Part shown: piece after piece, positions 28,900 to 35,835 of the stretch
Position numbering within the stretch: the first letter of the stretch is position 1
Layout of the letters: each line of letters starts with the position of its first letter
IMG/VR virus record: IMGVR_UViG_3300019765_000012
Coordinates: 1 to 35,835 of that record
Direction: 5' to 3' (one strand)
Length of the DNA stretch: 35,835 bases
From: a virus
Lineage: Duplodnaviria > Caudoviricetes
Translations under genes and position numbers: made by a program
The notes under the pieces: model-generated
Databases searched by the model: none
What the model was told of the DNA's origin: nothing
What the model saw: only the letters and a program-made list of their open reading frames with translations

Positions 28900-29709
28900 T
28901 TACTTCATTCCTCTGATTGGACTGTCGCTTTTGTTATCTTCGCTCTTAGCTGCTGGCGCTGAGCTTAGATCGCCTGCTTCTTGTGGACCATCAACGCCCA
29001 TATCTTTAGCGGCTGGAGCAGGTCTACCCTTCTCTTCTCCGCCTGGTGCGCTGTGTGCTTTTGCATCGTTTGGTGCAGATGCATTGCCCGCAACTGGTGA
29101 TGCTTTGTCGCTGCTATCACTGTGTGATACATTAACCGCTGTCATTGTTGCGCCTTCTTCCATAGGCTCAACTTCAGCTTCTTCTTCCATTTCTACGGAT
29201 TCTTCTGCTGGCTCATCGCCCATCATATCAGCAAATGCTGCACGTAGTTCTGCAATTGCATCTTCTACGTTGTCCATGGCCTCTTCTGCTTCTGCTTCAG
29301 GGCTTTCTTCTTCGCCTTCATCATCAGCTTCTGGTTCCATGTCCATTGCTAGATCCATTTCTGCATCTTCGTCGTCCATGTCCTCATCGTCCATGATTTC
29401 TTCTTGCTCGATTTCTTCTTCAGCTGTTTCGATATCATCAAGGAAATCTTCTTCGGCATCAGAAACATCAATTGCTTCTTCTACTTCGTCGTCCTCTGAA
29501 TCATCGTCAGCTTCATCAAGATCGATAGTTTCGTCAAGATCCTCTTCAGTAATCTCGTCTTCTACTACTTCATCGTCTTCTGTGATACTTGACCAATGTG
29601 ATTTGGCTTTCTCAACAAAAACGTTGTGTAGGAGATCAGCAGCTTTGTCCTGCTCATCGTTGACGAGATACTCAAGAACCTTTACTAAAGATTCCTTGTG
29701 TTCGCTCAT
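28900..29709 (-). CDS. Highly acidic prohead core protein (gp67/gp68-like position)
   Basis: D/E-rich low-complexity protein between portal and protease; AAGGAG Shine-Dalgarno. Confidence 0.7.
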   Translation of the reverse strand: MSEHKESLVKVLEYLVNDEQDKAADLLHNVFVEKAKSHWSSITEDDEVVEDEITEEDLDETIDLDEADDDSEDDEVEEAIDVSDAEEDFLDDIETAEEEIEQEEIMDDEDMDDEDAEMDLAMDMEPEADDEGEEESPEAEAEEAMDNVEDAIAELRAAFADMMGDEPAEESVEMEEEAEVEPMEEGATMTAVNVSHSDSSDKASPVAGNASAPNDAKAHSAPGGEEKGRPAPAAKDMGVDGPQEAGDLSSAPAAKSEDNKSDSPIRGMK

Positions 29710-29757
29710 ATCTTTCTCCTTAAAAAATTACAGGCTTACCAAGATGGTTTACATCTA

Positions 29758-29765
29758 TATTTAGT
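29758..29765 (-). promoter_or_regulatory. Late promoter variant ACTAAATA
   Basis: TAAATA core in the intergenic region upstream of the core-protease-scaffold-capsid operon. Confidence 0.55.
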
Positions 29766-29852
29766 AACCAAGACGTTTTACTTAGTAAAACACCTAAAAA
29801 ATGGGTATTTTATGACAAAATTGTCATGATAAGTAAAAAACTTGGAAAAAAT

Positions 29853-30056
29853 TTAGCCTTGAGATGGGGTAGCGTATATTTTTTGTATTCTTTTGGTTCT
29901 ATTAGCATGTTCAATATTGTGTATTTCACGCTGCTTTCTCAAACGATTTAACTGTCTGAGTGTTAGTCTACTCTTGCGAGTATCTGTTATTTTGCGTTCT
30001 GCATACTCATTATCTTCTGCATCATAGTACTCTTTTAAAAATTCCTTATCACGCAT
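29853..30056 (-). CDS. Small head-module protein (~67 aa) with basic C-terminal half
   Basis: Start revised to ATG 30056 (GGAG 6 nt upstream, overlaps the portal end): MRDKEFLKEYY...DTRKSRLTLRQLNRLRK. Confidence 0.75.
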   Translation of the reverse strand: MRDKEFLKEYYDAEDNEYAERKITDTRKSRLTLRQLNRLRKQREIHNIEHANRTKRIQKIYATPSQG

Positions 30057-31722
30057 TTTCATCTCCTGCAGGTGAATTCTCTTCACCGCTAATAGGGCTA
30101 CCGCCCTCTAACTCATCTGTTGTAGGTGCATCAACATCTAAGTCTGACACATCTGTGTCTACATCAAAACTTCTAACACCTACATTGCCCAGTCCTGGAA
30201 CAGTCTCTGTGCTAGCTGCGGCTCCGCTTTGATTTTCTTCTTCCCACATGCGCTCGTTTTTGAGGATTTCATCTTCAGTCCATCCTAAATACTTTTCAAG
30301 TATAAAGCGTCTACTCATATAAGGAACACCTTCTAGTCCACTGAATACATTAGCACGAGCAGCATGTATTTCAATTTCTTTGTATGTGCTAAAGCTCTGT
30401 GGCTCTACAAACTTGAGATTGAACAAGCTACTGTCAATGCTAATCCCTTTGTTTTTCATAAACAATTTGAATTCTTTGTCCAGTGTAGGTGCTAGTGCAT
30501 TTTGCAATCTCATACAGTATTGATTGAATCTATACTCTTGAATAAATGCTGTACCTACTCTGCCGTCCACATAGGTTGCAGTTCCATCTTCTGGACCTGT
30601 TGGCAAATAACTACTGGGCACACGTAATGCTCTCAGCATTTTGTTTGTAAAGTAACGTAGGTCATCAATCTGTCCCAAATTCTCACCGCCTGGTAGCACT
30701 TCAACTTTACTACCTCTGCCTTCAGCAGTTTGTGCAAAGAAGTAGTCTTCCATGATGCTCAGTGGATTGTATGCAGCATCCATAATAGTTGTGCCGCCAC
30801 CTGTTTTGTTGGGAATACGTTTTTGATGAATTTCATTTTTAACACGCTCAACAAAGCCCATTGCTTTGTTTGGTGGCATATTGCCTACATCTACATAAAA
30901 TACTCTGCGTTCTGGCGCACGTTGTACTCTGTAGATAATAATTGAATCTTCAAGCAGTTCTTTTTGCTTGTAGGTTTTGAAAATTGGATCTAGTATACTA
31001 CTACCAAAGGGCCAGTTGTTGTCCATGCCTTCTGTAAGTCCAAGGTGTACAATATGGCTAGCATCAACACTGTATTCTTTGATGTTGCCCAAACTGTTGC
31101 TCATGTCGCTTGGACCAGCACCGTATGCACCTCTGTCCATGACCTGTCCACGCATCATACTGTTGACTGTGCCATATGTTTGTGCATGCTGCACAGGCTG
31201 ACTAACAGTTTTCTCCTGCATATTCAAGTCAATGTTTTTGACAATGTACTGTTCAGGTTGCTTGCCTTTGGCTTCGTTAACAATGGCTTTCATAACATCA
31301 GCTGGATTTACATAGTACAGTTCCCAAGTTTCAGGATCTCTGATGAAAAATTGATCTCCATACTTGATGCTGTTGCGGAACATGCGGAAAATACGCTTGT
31401 CCCAATCCTGCAAGTTACACCATTGTTGCAGTGTTTGTTCTAAAATTTTTGTTTCACTTTCAGTGGCTTGATCTACATAGTCAATTGCAAAAGGTAAACC
31501 TGTTTGTTCACTTACTTGTGTACTGAATTCACTGATGATGTCCAGTGCAGCATTGATCTCGCTGTCCATGTCCATTTGGTCATACTGTACATAACGCTCA
31601 ACACGATTAGGTTGACCACTGTAAACTTCTGGTAGCCAGCTTTGAAAACGGCTAGCACTACTGGGTTTCATGCTTTCGACGTTGTGTCCGCCGTATGCTG
31701 TAAAATGTTTTTTCCAACTCAT
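30049..31722 (-). CDS. gp20: Portal vertex protein, T4 gp20 family (557 aa)
   Basis: LLEDSIIIYRVQRAPERRVFYVDVGNMP, EDYFF...GRGSKVEVLPGGENLGQIDDLRYF...LRVPSS. Confidence 0.96.
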   Translation of the reverse strand: MSWKKHFTAYGGHNVESMKPSSASRFQSWLPEVYSGQPNRVERYVQYDQMDMDSEINAALDIISEFSTQVSEQTGLPFAIDYVDQATESETKILEQTLQQWCNLQDWDKRIFRMFRNSIKYGDQFFIRDPETWELYYVNPADVMKAIVNEAKGKQPEQYIVKNIDLNMQEKTVSQPVQHAQTYGTVNSMMRGQVMDRGAYGAGPSDMSNSLGNIKEYSVDASHIVHLGLTEGMDNNWPFGSSILDPIFKTYKQKELLEDSIIIYRVQRAPERRVFYVDVGNMPPNKAMGFVERVKNEIHQKRIPNKTGGGTTIMDAAYNPLSIMEDYFFAQTAEGRGSKVEVLPGGENLGQIDDLRYFTNKMLRALRVPSSYLPTGPEDGTATYVDGRVGTAFIQEYRFNQYCMRLQNALAPTLDKEFKLFMKNKGISIDSSLFNLKFVEPQSFSTYKEIEIHAARANVFSGLEGVPYMSRRFILEKYLGWTEDEILKNERMWEEENQSGAAASTETVPGLGNVGVRSFDVDTDVSDLDVDAPTTDELEGGSPISGEENSPAGDENA

Positions 31723-31740
31723 ATGAATTCTCTTTATCTA

Positions 31741-31768
31741 ATTATAGTGTATTTATTCGTTTTGTCAA
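31741..31768 (-). promoter_or_regulatory. Sigma70-type promoter with nested late promoter
   Basis: TTGACA-16 nt-TATAAT on the minus strand; AATAAATA (31750-31757) lies within the spacer. Confidence 0.7.
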
Positions 31769-31772
31769 CCTG

Positions 31773-33596
31773 TTAGTTACCATTCAATGCATTGACTAGT
31801 TTCGCTAACAATGCTTCAACCCTGCCTAAATGCGCTGGATTGGCAGGGTTTGCTATGACATCTTGCATTAATTGATCCAGATCTCGTCTTAGGGTCGGAT
31901 CGTTTACATTGCTTGCTAGATCTTTCATACCCGCTATTAATGCATTGACGTTTGTTGGCGCTCTTGCTAACGCTAGAACTTCTTCAGGAACAACACCACT
32001 AAGTTGTCCTACTAAACTTCCTGTAAACAGTTTATCAGTAATTTTTCTAACATCTCCCTGTGCATACTTGAACTTTGGATCCATTTGACGCATGATTGGT
32101 CCAAATGCAGTTTCTCCAAATACTGTTCCAGCTGCACTTATTAGATTTTTAAATGCTTGACTGTCCAGTGCCGCAATAAATTTGTCAGCCATGTTGTTTA
32201 CACTTTCTGATAATTTATTGAGATCTCCGCCACCTACTTTGATTGCCATCTCTGTTGTTCTTGCTTTGATTTCAGCAGCAACTTCATCCATTGTACTACT
32301 TAAACCTCTGAGCCCTTTGTTTTTTCCAGCATCTCCGATAATATCTTTCATAGTCTTATCAAATTCTTCTGTAAAATTTTCTACACTTTGTGTTTGTTGC
32401 TGGATAGTCAATACAGTATTTGCTAGGTCACTATTGAATGCTGCCATAGTTCTCAATTGCGCTGCATCGATTGCACTAGAATTTTTAAGACCTAACACAA
32501 GATCTGCACTTATTTTTGCAAAATCTTCTGGAGATGTGCTGCCGTCAGTTACTGTTGACATGACATAGTCAATAAGATCAGACGCTCCTTGATCTAATAC
32601 GCCTAGTAACTGCGGAGCAAATGCTCTAGGATCTATTCCTGTCGAAACACCTTGTAGTATTGCATCACTAATCTGTTTTCCTGCAGGACCTAAAGCACTT
32701 AGGTTTTCTGCCAGCACCCTGAAACGTTCTGCTGTTTCATCACTTTGTTCACTTAAAAAACTTTGAGCTATAACATTTCTACGTGCTTCTAGCCCAGCTT
32801 TTCTTCTTTCTTGAACGTCTTGACCTGTGAGTCTTGCCATAGCTTCATTTATTTTTAAACTTTCAGTCATCTGTTCAGTAAGTTGCTTTTCAGTAAGATT
32901 TCTCAATCTTTCTGAACCAATTGTTTGACGTCTAACTTCTAGTTCGTCTGCTAGTATCATGGCCATTTCGTCGCTTTTGGTTCCAAAGAAACCAAATTCT
33001 CTAGTGCCTTCTCTAACGGCTGTTGCTAAGTCTAAAAATCTTCTACTACCTTGGTTTGTGTTATCTCCCAAGCCTTTCATGATACTGCCTTGAGTACCAA
33101 CAATTTTACCGAACTGATCCAGTGTAAGTCCCAAGCCAGCAGCTTGATCTTGTACTTGTAACAAATCGTCTCCAAAGCTAACACCAACTCTACTAACTTT
33201 GTTGAGTACTTCTCCCAATTGTTCCATGGTACCAAATACCATGCCAAACTGAACACCTATGTTTGCCATACCCAAACTATCAAACAACTTTTGTCCAAAA
33301 TCACCAGCTTTGGTAACATCACCCAATCTATCAAATCCTGCGGCTGCTGATCCAGCAGCGCCTTGTCCAGTTAAATTTCTAAACAAACTTCGTTGCTGTT
33401 GATTGCCAGAAGCTACTTCTCTGGTTAGATCATTAATAGCTGACTGTGTTTGTCTGTCGTTGCCTTCTACACCTGTGATTGCATCTCTGATTTGCTGACT
33501 CACACTCAATATACTTTGTTGTGTGTCTTCCATAGCAAAATTAGGCACCTCTATGGGTACTGCCCTACCACCAATTGGGATTTGAATTACTGCCAT
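31773..33596 (-). CDS. Putative tape-measure / gp29-like hub protein (607 aa)
   Basis: Helical A/G/L/Q-rich composition, next to the gp26-like gene, length close to T4 gp29. Function is inferred from context. Confidence 0.6.
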   Translation of the reverse strand: MAVIQIPIGGRAVPIEVPNFAMEDTQQSILSVSQQIRDAITGVEGNDRQTQSAINDLTREVASGNQQQRSLFRNLTGQGAAGSAAAGFDRLGDVTKAGDFGQKLFDSLGMANIGVQFGMVFGTMEQLGEVLNKVSRVGVSFGDDLLQVQDQAAGLGLTLDQFGKIVGTQGSIMKGLGDNTNQGSRRFLDLATAVREGTREFGFFGTKSDEMAMILADELEVRRQTIGSERLRNLTEKQLTEQMTESLKINEAMARLTGQDVQERRKAGLEARRNVIAQSFLSEQSDETAERFRVLAENLSALGPAGKQISDAILQGVSTGIDPRAFAPQLLGVLDQGASDLIDYVMSTVTDGSTSPEDFAKISADLVLGLKNSSAIDAAQLRTMAAFNSDLANTVLTIQQQTQSVENFTEEFDKTMKDIIGDAGKNKGLRGLSSTMDEVAAEIKARTTEMAIKVGGGDLNKLSESVNNMADKFIAALDSQAFKNLISAAGTVFGETAFGPIMRQMDPKFKYAQGDVRKITDKLFTGSLVGQLSGVVPEEVLALARAPTNVNALIAGMKDLASNVNDPTLRRDLDQLMQDVIANPANPAHLGRVEALLAKLVNALNGN

Positions 33597-33615
33597 TAAC
33601 TGCTCACTTAACTCA

Positions 33616-33623
33616 GATAAATA
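33616..33623 (+). promoter_or_regulatory. Late promoter variant GATAAATA
   Basis: About 31 nt upstream of ATG 33655. Confidence 0.6.
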
Positions 33624-33637
33624 CTTTTATATACAGT

Positions 33638-33645
33638 TATTTATA
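33638..33645 (-). promoter_or_regulatory. Late promoter TATAAATA
   Basis: Exact consensus upstream of ATG 33596. Confidence 0.7.
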
Positions 33646-33654
33646 GGCGAAAAA

Positions 33655-34530
33655 ATGTCAAATAATCCACTAGCAAATTTCTATCGAAATAAAGAAATAT
33701 ATGTCAAATTGCCCACACAAGGCAAATGGTACAAAAATCCTCCCAAGCTAACAGAGGATGGTGAAATTGGAGTGTATCCCATGACACTGCAAGATGAAAT
33801 TCGCATGAACATTCCAGACAGTTTGTACAACGGTGAAAGTTTGTTTGAGCTTTTTCAAAGCATTTGTCCTGACATCATCGATCCCTATGAAATTGCTATG
33901 CCAGATGTAGATGTACTGCTACTAGCCAGTAGAGCTGCAACCTACAACAAAAAAATGACAATCGAAACACAGTGTACTCACTGTGAGATGTGGCAAAACT
34001 ATGATTTAGATCTTGCACAAATACTCAGCAAAGTCCAAATACATTTAGAAAGATCACCTGTTGAAATTGACGGTTTGCAAATAATGATCAAACCCAATAC
34101 ACTAAAAAGTATTGCAGCAAACACATTAAAAACTGTAGAAGTTGCTAAAATGCTCAGTGCAATCAGCAATGAAAGTGTAGTGCCTGAAAGTCTAAATAGT
34201 ACTTACAAAGAAAGTATTGAGATAAGCACCGCAGCTACAATTGCAATACTAGCAGACGCAATTGAATATGTACAAATACCCAATGGAGAAACTGTAACAG
34301 AAATTGAACACATCATTGAATGGTTACAAAACAGTAACAGAGGAATAATACAAAAACTCAGCGACGAATGCGAAACAATGAATCAAAATGGATTGGAAAA
34401 CAAATTTACATTTACGTGTGCTAGCGAAGATTGTAACAAAACATTTGAAGGTAAAGTAGAGTTTAATCCTAGTTTTTTTTTCGACAACAGATCCATAGAG
34501 CAGAGACTGCAGAACGTATCCAACAAATAG
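33655..34530 (+). CDS. gp26: Baseplate hub assembly protein, T4 gp26-like (291 aa)
   Basis: YVKLPTQG...YPMTLQDE...DVDVLLLASRAATY, CTHC and CxxxxC zinc-type motifs, near-terminal SFFF. Confidence 0.75.
   Translation: MSNNPLANFYRNKEIYVKLPTQGKWYKNPPKLTEDGEIGVYPMTLQDEIRMNIPDSLYNGESLFELFQSICPDIIDPYEIAMPDVDVLLLASRAATYNKKMTIETQCTHCEMWQNYDLDLAQILSKVQIHLERSPVEIDGLQIMIKPNTLKSIAANTLKTVEVAKMLSAISNESVVPESLNSTYKESIEISTAATIAILADAIEYVQIPNGETVTEIEHIIEWLQNSNRGIIQKLSDECETMNQNGLENKFTFTCASEDCNKTFEGKVEFNPSFFFDNRSIEQRLQNVSNK
34473..34482 (+). other. Candidate -1 programmed frameshift site (T TTT TTT / T TTT TTC)
   Basis: Slippery heptamers are correctly phased in the gp26-like frame; the -1 frame opens at 34473 and runs without a stop into the 65-aa ORF. 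Confidence 0.6.
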
Positions 34531-34538
34531 TTGAAGAA

Positions 34539-34736
34539 ATGGACAATCAGCGCAAACAGTATAGAACTATTGTGAATCAATTAGCACTATATTCGAACGG
34601 AAGTTACACAGTTCAAGACATGTACAACATGACGTTTCCTCAACTAGAAGAAATCCAGGATGTGATGAAACAGAAAATCGAAGCAGAAAAGCAAGCATAT
34701 GAAACTGCAAGAGGAACTAATCGTAAAACATTTTAA
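34539..34736 (+). CDS. Small gp51-like hub assembly ORF, possibly the frameshift extension of the gp26-like gene
   Basis: LALYSNGSYTVQDMYNMTFPQLE pattern and its position; frame is open from 34473; no clear Shine-Dalgarno. Confidence 0.65.
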   Translation: MDNQRKQYRTIVNQLALYSNGSYTVQDMYNMTFPQLEEIQDVMKQKIEAEKQAYETARGTNRKTF

Positions 34737-34821
34737 TGTTTCTTCGAAGAGCTAACGCTCATCGTCAAACTCATTTCATTTCGTTTGATATTTCTTTCTT
34801 TGAATAATTATTTTTAATGAT

Positions 34822-35132
34822 TACGTTATTACCCTGTTTTCAGTCGCACTTAGCCTGTTTACGGCCAAGTGCAAAAAAAAAGCTAAGGTCATTACCCCGC
34901 TCCCAAGCGCACCGTTATTAGCGAAACCATATAGGCAGAGGCGGTTGTGCTCGACCCCTTTACTCGCCGCTTTCAACGCAGGCTACTAAATCGCAAATAA
35001 CGGCAACTGATCTAGTAATACCCGTGGGTTGTAATAGCTCAACAGAGCCCACTCTTTTGGTTCATGTGCCTCAGCAAGATCCGACGGTGCGAAAGGTCGC
35101 ACAGACTCAATGCTTATAATTGAGAGGCTATG
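34822..35132 (-). ncRNA. Candidate structured RNA of unrecognised family
   Basis: No long ORF; about 51% GC by hand count over 34861-35100; at least six helices and a loop pseudoknot; stem mismatches read as G-U only on the minus strand. Confidence 0.65.
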
Positions 35133-35561
35133 TTATGACTGGTGTCTAGTTAGTGATTCAACAAGTGCCTTAGATCCGCCTACACGGACATTTATGATGC
35201 CATTATAGTATTCATCTGTTAGTAATACTTGCCTGTCGAACTGTTCTTTGGCTTCTAAGTAACTTAGTTCGCCTCTGCTAGTGCAGTAGTACAGTATTTC
35301 TCTTGTAAATTTTTCAGGGCCTAGTTCTTGTACATCTGCGTTCAACGTGTCACTGCTTCCCCAATAGGTCTTCCAGTCACTTTCTTTTGTTGATCGTCTT
35401 TTGTTTTTTCTGCCTTTGAGAGGTTTTTTAGTTACTTTAAATTGAGCCAGTTTTTTGCCAATGTACTTTTTTCCGTTCGTTAGATTGGTAATGAGATATA
35501 CGAATCCAACATATTCCTCAGGTATTTGTTCAACGATTTTGCCTTGATAAGTCCATTGCAT
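35133..35561 (-). CDS. GIY-YIG endonuclease, T4 endonuclease II (DenA)-like (~142 aa)
   Basis: GFVYLITN...KKYIGKK, YWGSS, FTREIL, SYLE, YYN. ATG 35561 (MQWTYQG) preferred over TTG 35576. Confidence 0.88.
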   Translation of the reverse strand: MQWTYQGKIVEQIPEEYVGFVYLITNLTNGKKYIGKKLAQFKVTKKPLKGRKNKRRSTKESDWKTYWGSSDTLNADVQELGPEKFTREILYYCTSRGELSYLEAKEQFDRQVLLTDEYYNGIINVRVGGSKALVESLTRHQS

Positions 35562-35578
35562 GTTAGTATATAGCAATT

Positions 35579-35608
35579 ACTATATATGCCGACAAAGCGA
35601 AAAGTCAA
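35579..35608 (-). promoter_or_regulatory. Possible sigma70-type promoter for the nuclease gene
   Basis: TTGACT followed by TATATA (16-nt spacer) or TATAGT (18-nt spacer); same GGTTGAC context as the portal promoter. Confidence 0.45.
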
Positions 35609-35609
35609 C

Positions 35610-35835
35610 CTAAAAATACCTTTTTTTCAAGATTTCCCAAGTTTGTTTGTAACCGTTGTCAATCTGGTGATAATGTGTGCTGGCTTGTGCCGCACTGTGA
35701 TCATTACCGCCTGGAAAACAGTTGTCTCCAAAAAAGATAGTTTGTGAACCTTTGTAATCGTTAAGCACTTGTCCTTTGTCACAACCTACTGGAAAAATAT
35801 CAACACTTGTTTCTCCTGCTACTTGTGCAACTACA
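35610..35835 (-). CDS. 3' end of a eukaryote-type phosphomannomutase (HAD IIB family)
   Basis: Hand translation, not in the ORF track: VAGETSVDIFPVGCDKGQVL...IFFGDNCFPGGND...TWEILKKRYF*, matching PMM motifs D[VI]FPxGxDK and FFGDxxxxGGND. Confidence 0.8.
   Translation of the reverse strand, partial: VVAQVAGETSVDIFPVGCDKGQVLNDYKGSQTIFFGDNCFPGGNDHSAAQASTHYHQIDNGYKQTWEILKKRYF

Noticed and set aside
28931-29764. 277-aa Ser-rich plus-strand ORF
   Set aside because: Antisense shadow of the Asp/Glu-rich core protein (GAA/GAT codons read as Ser in reverse).
560-32568. Numerous short plus-strand ORFs and nested alternative-frame minus-strand ORFs
   Set aside because: They overlap well-supported genes and have the composition expected from antisense or off-frame reading.
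34737-34770. Hammerhead ribozyme (GAUGA...GAAAC on the minus strand)
   Set aside because: It lacks the CUGA core and the required stem arrangement.
34846-34881. Intrinsic terminator call for the 10-bp hairpin
   Set aside because: The U run is 5' of the stem on the minus strand, and an A run follows it on the plus strand, so the geometry is wrong in both directions.
34822-35132. Group I or II intron, tmRNA, RNase P RNA or tRNA identity for the structured region
   Set aside because: No interrupted host gene is visible, and I found no group I P7 motifs, complete group II domain V, RNase P GAGGAAAGUCC signature or T-loop/cloverleaf. Divergent members cannot be excluded without a covariance-model search.
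1-35835. Stop-codon reassignment as seen in some jumbo phages
   Set aside because: Genes are full length under the standard code, and TAG, TGA and TAA all end genes at sensible positions.

Overview
Structural-gene region of a large T4-superfamily (probably jumbo) myophage, AT-rich, standard genetic code, almost all on the minus strand. From right to left: the 3' end of a eukaryote-type (HAD IIB) phosphomannomutase, a GIY-YIG endonuclease (T4 endonuclease II-like), a ~400-nt GC-rich structured non-coding region, a plus-strand gp26-like/gp51-like baseplate-hub pair, a divergent tape-measure/gp29-like gene, and the head module (portal gp20, small ORF, acidic core protein, protease gp21, scaffold gp22, compact major capsid gp23, terminator). 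The remaining ~26 kb encodes mosaic fibre/adhesin-like virion proteins built from reused modules, with two tandem S8 subtilisin proteases embedded among them. T4-type late promoter cores (TAAATA) precede eight gene starts. The top candidates for new biology are (1) a pseudoknotted minus-strand RNA starting right after the GIY-YIG stop codon and (2) a T9 slippery site that would fuse the gp26-like ORF to the next ORF by a lambda G/GT-style -1 frameshift. All calls come from motif recognition by eye; no searches were run.
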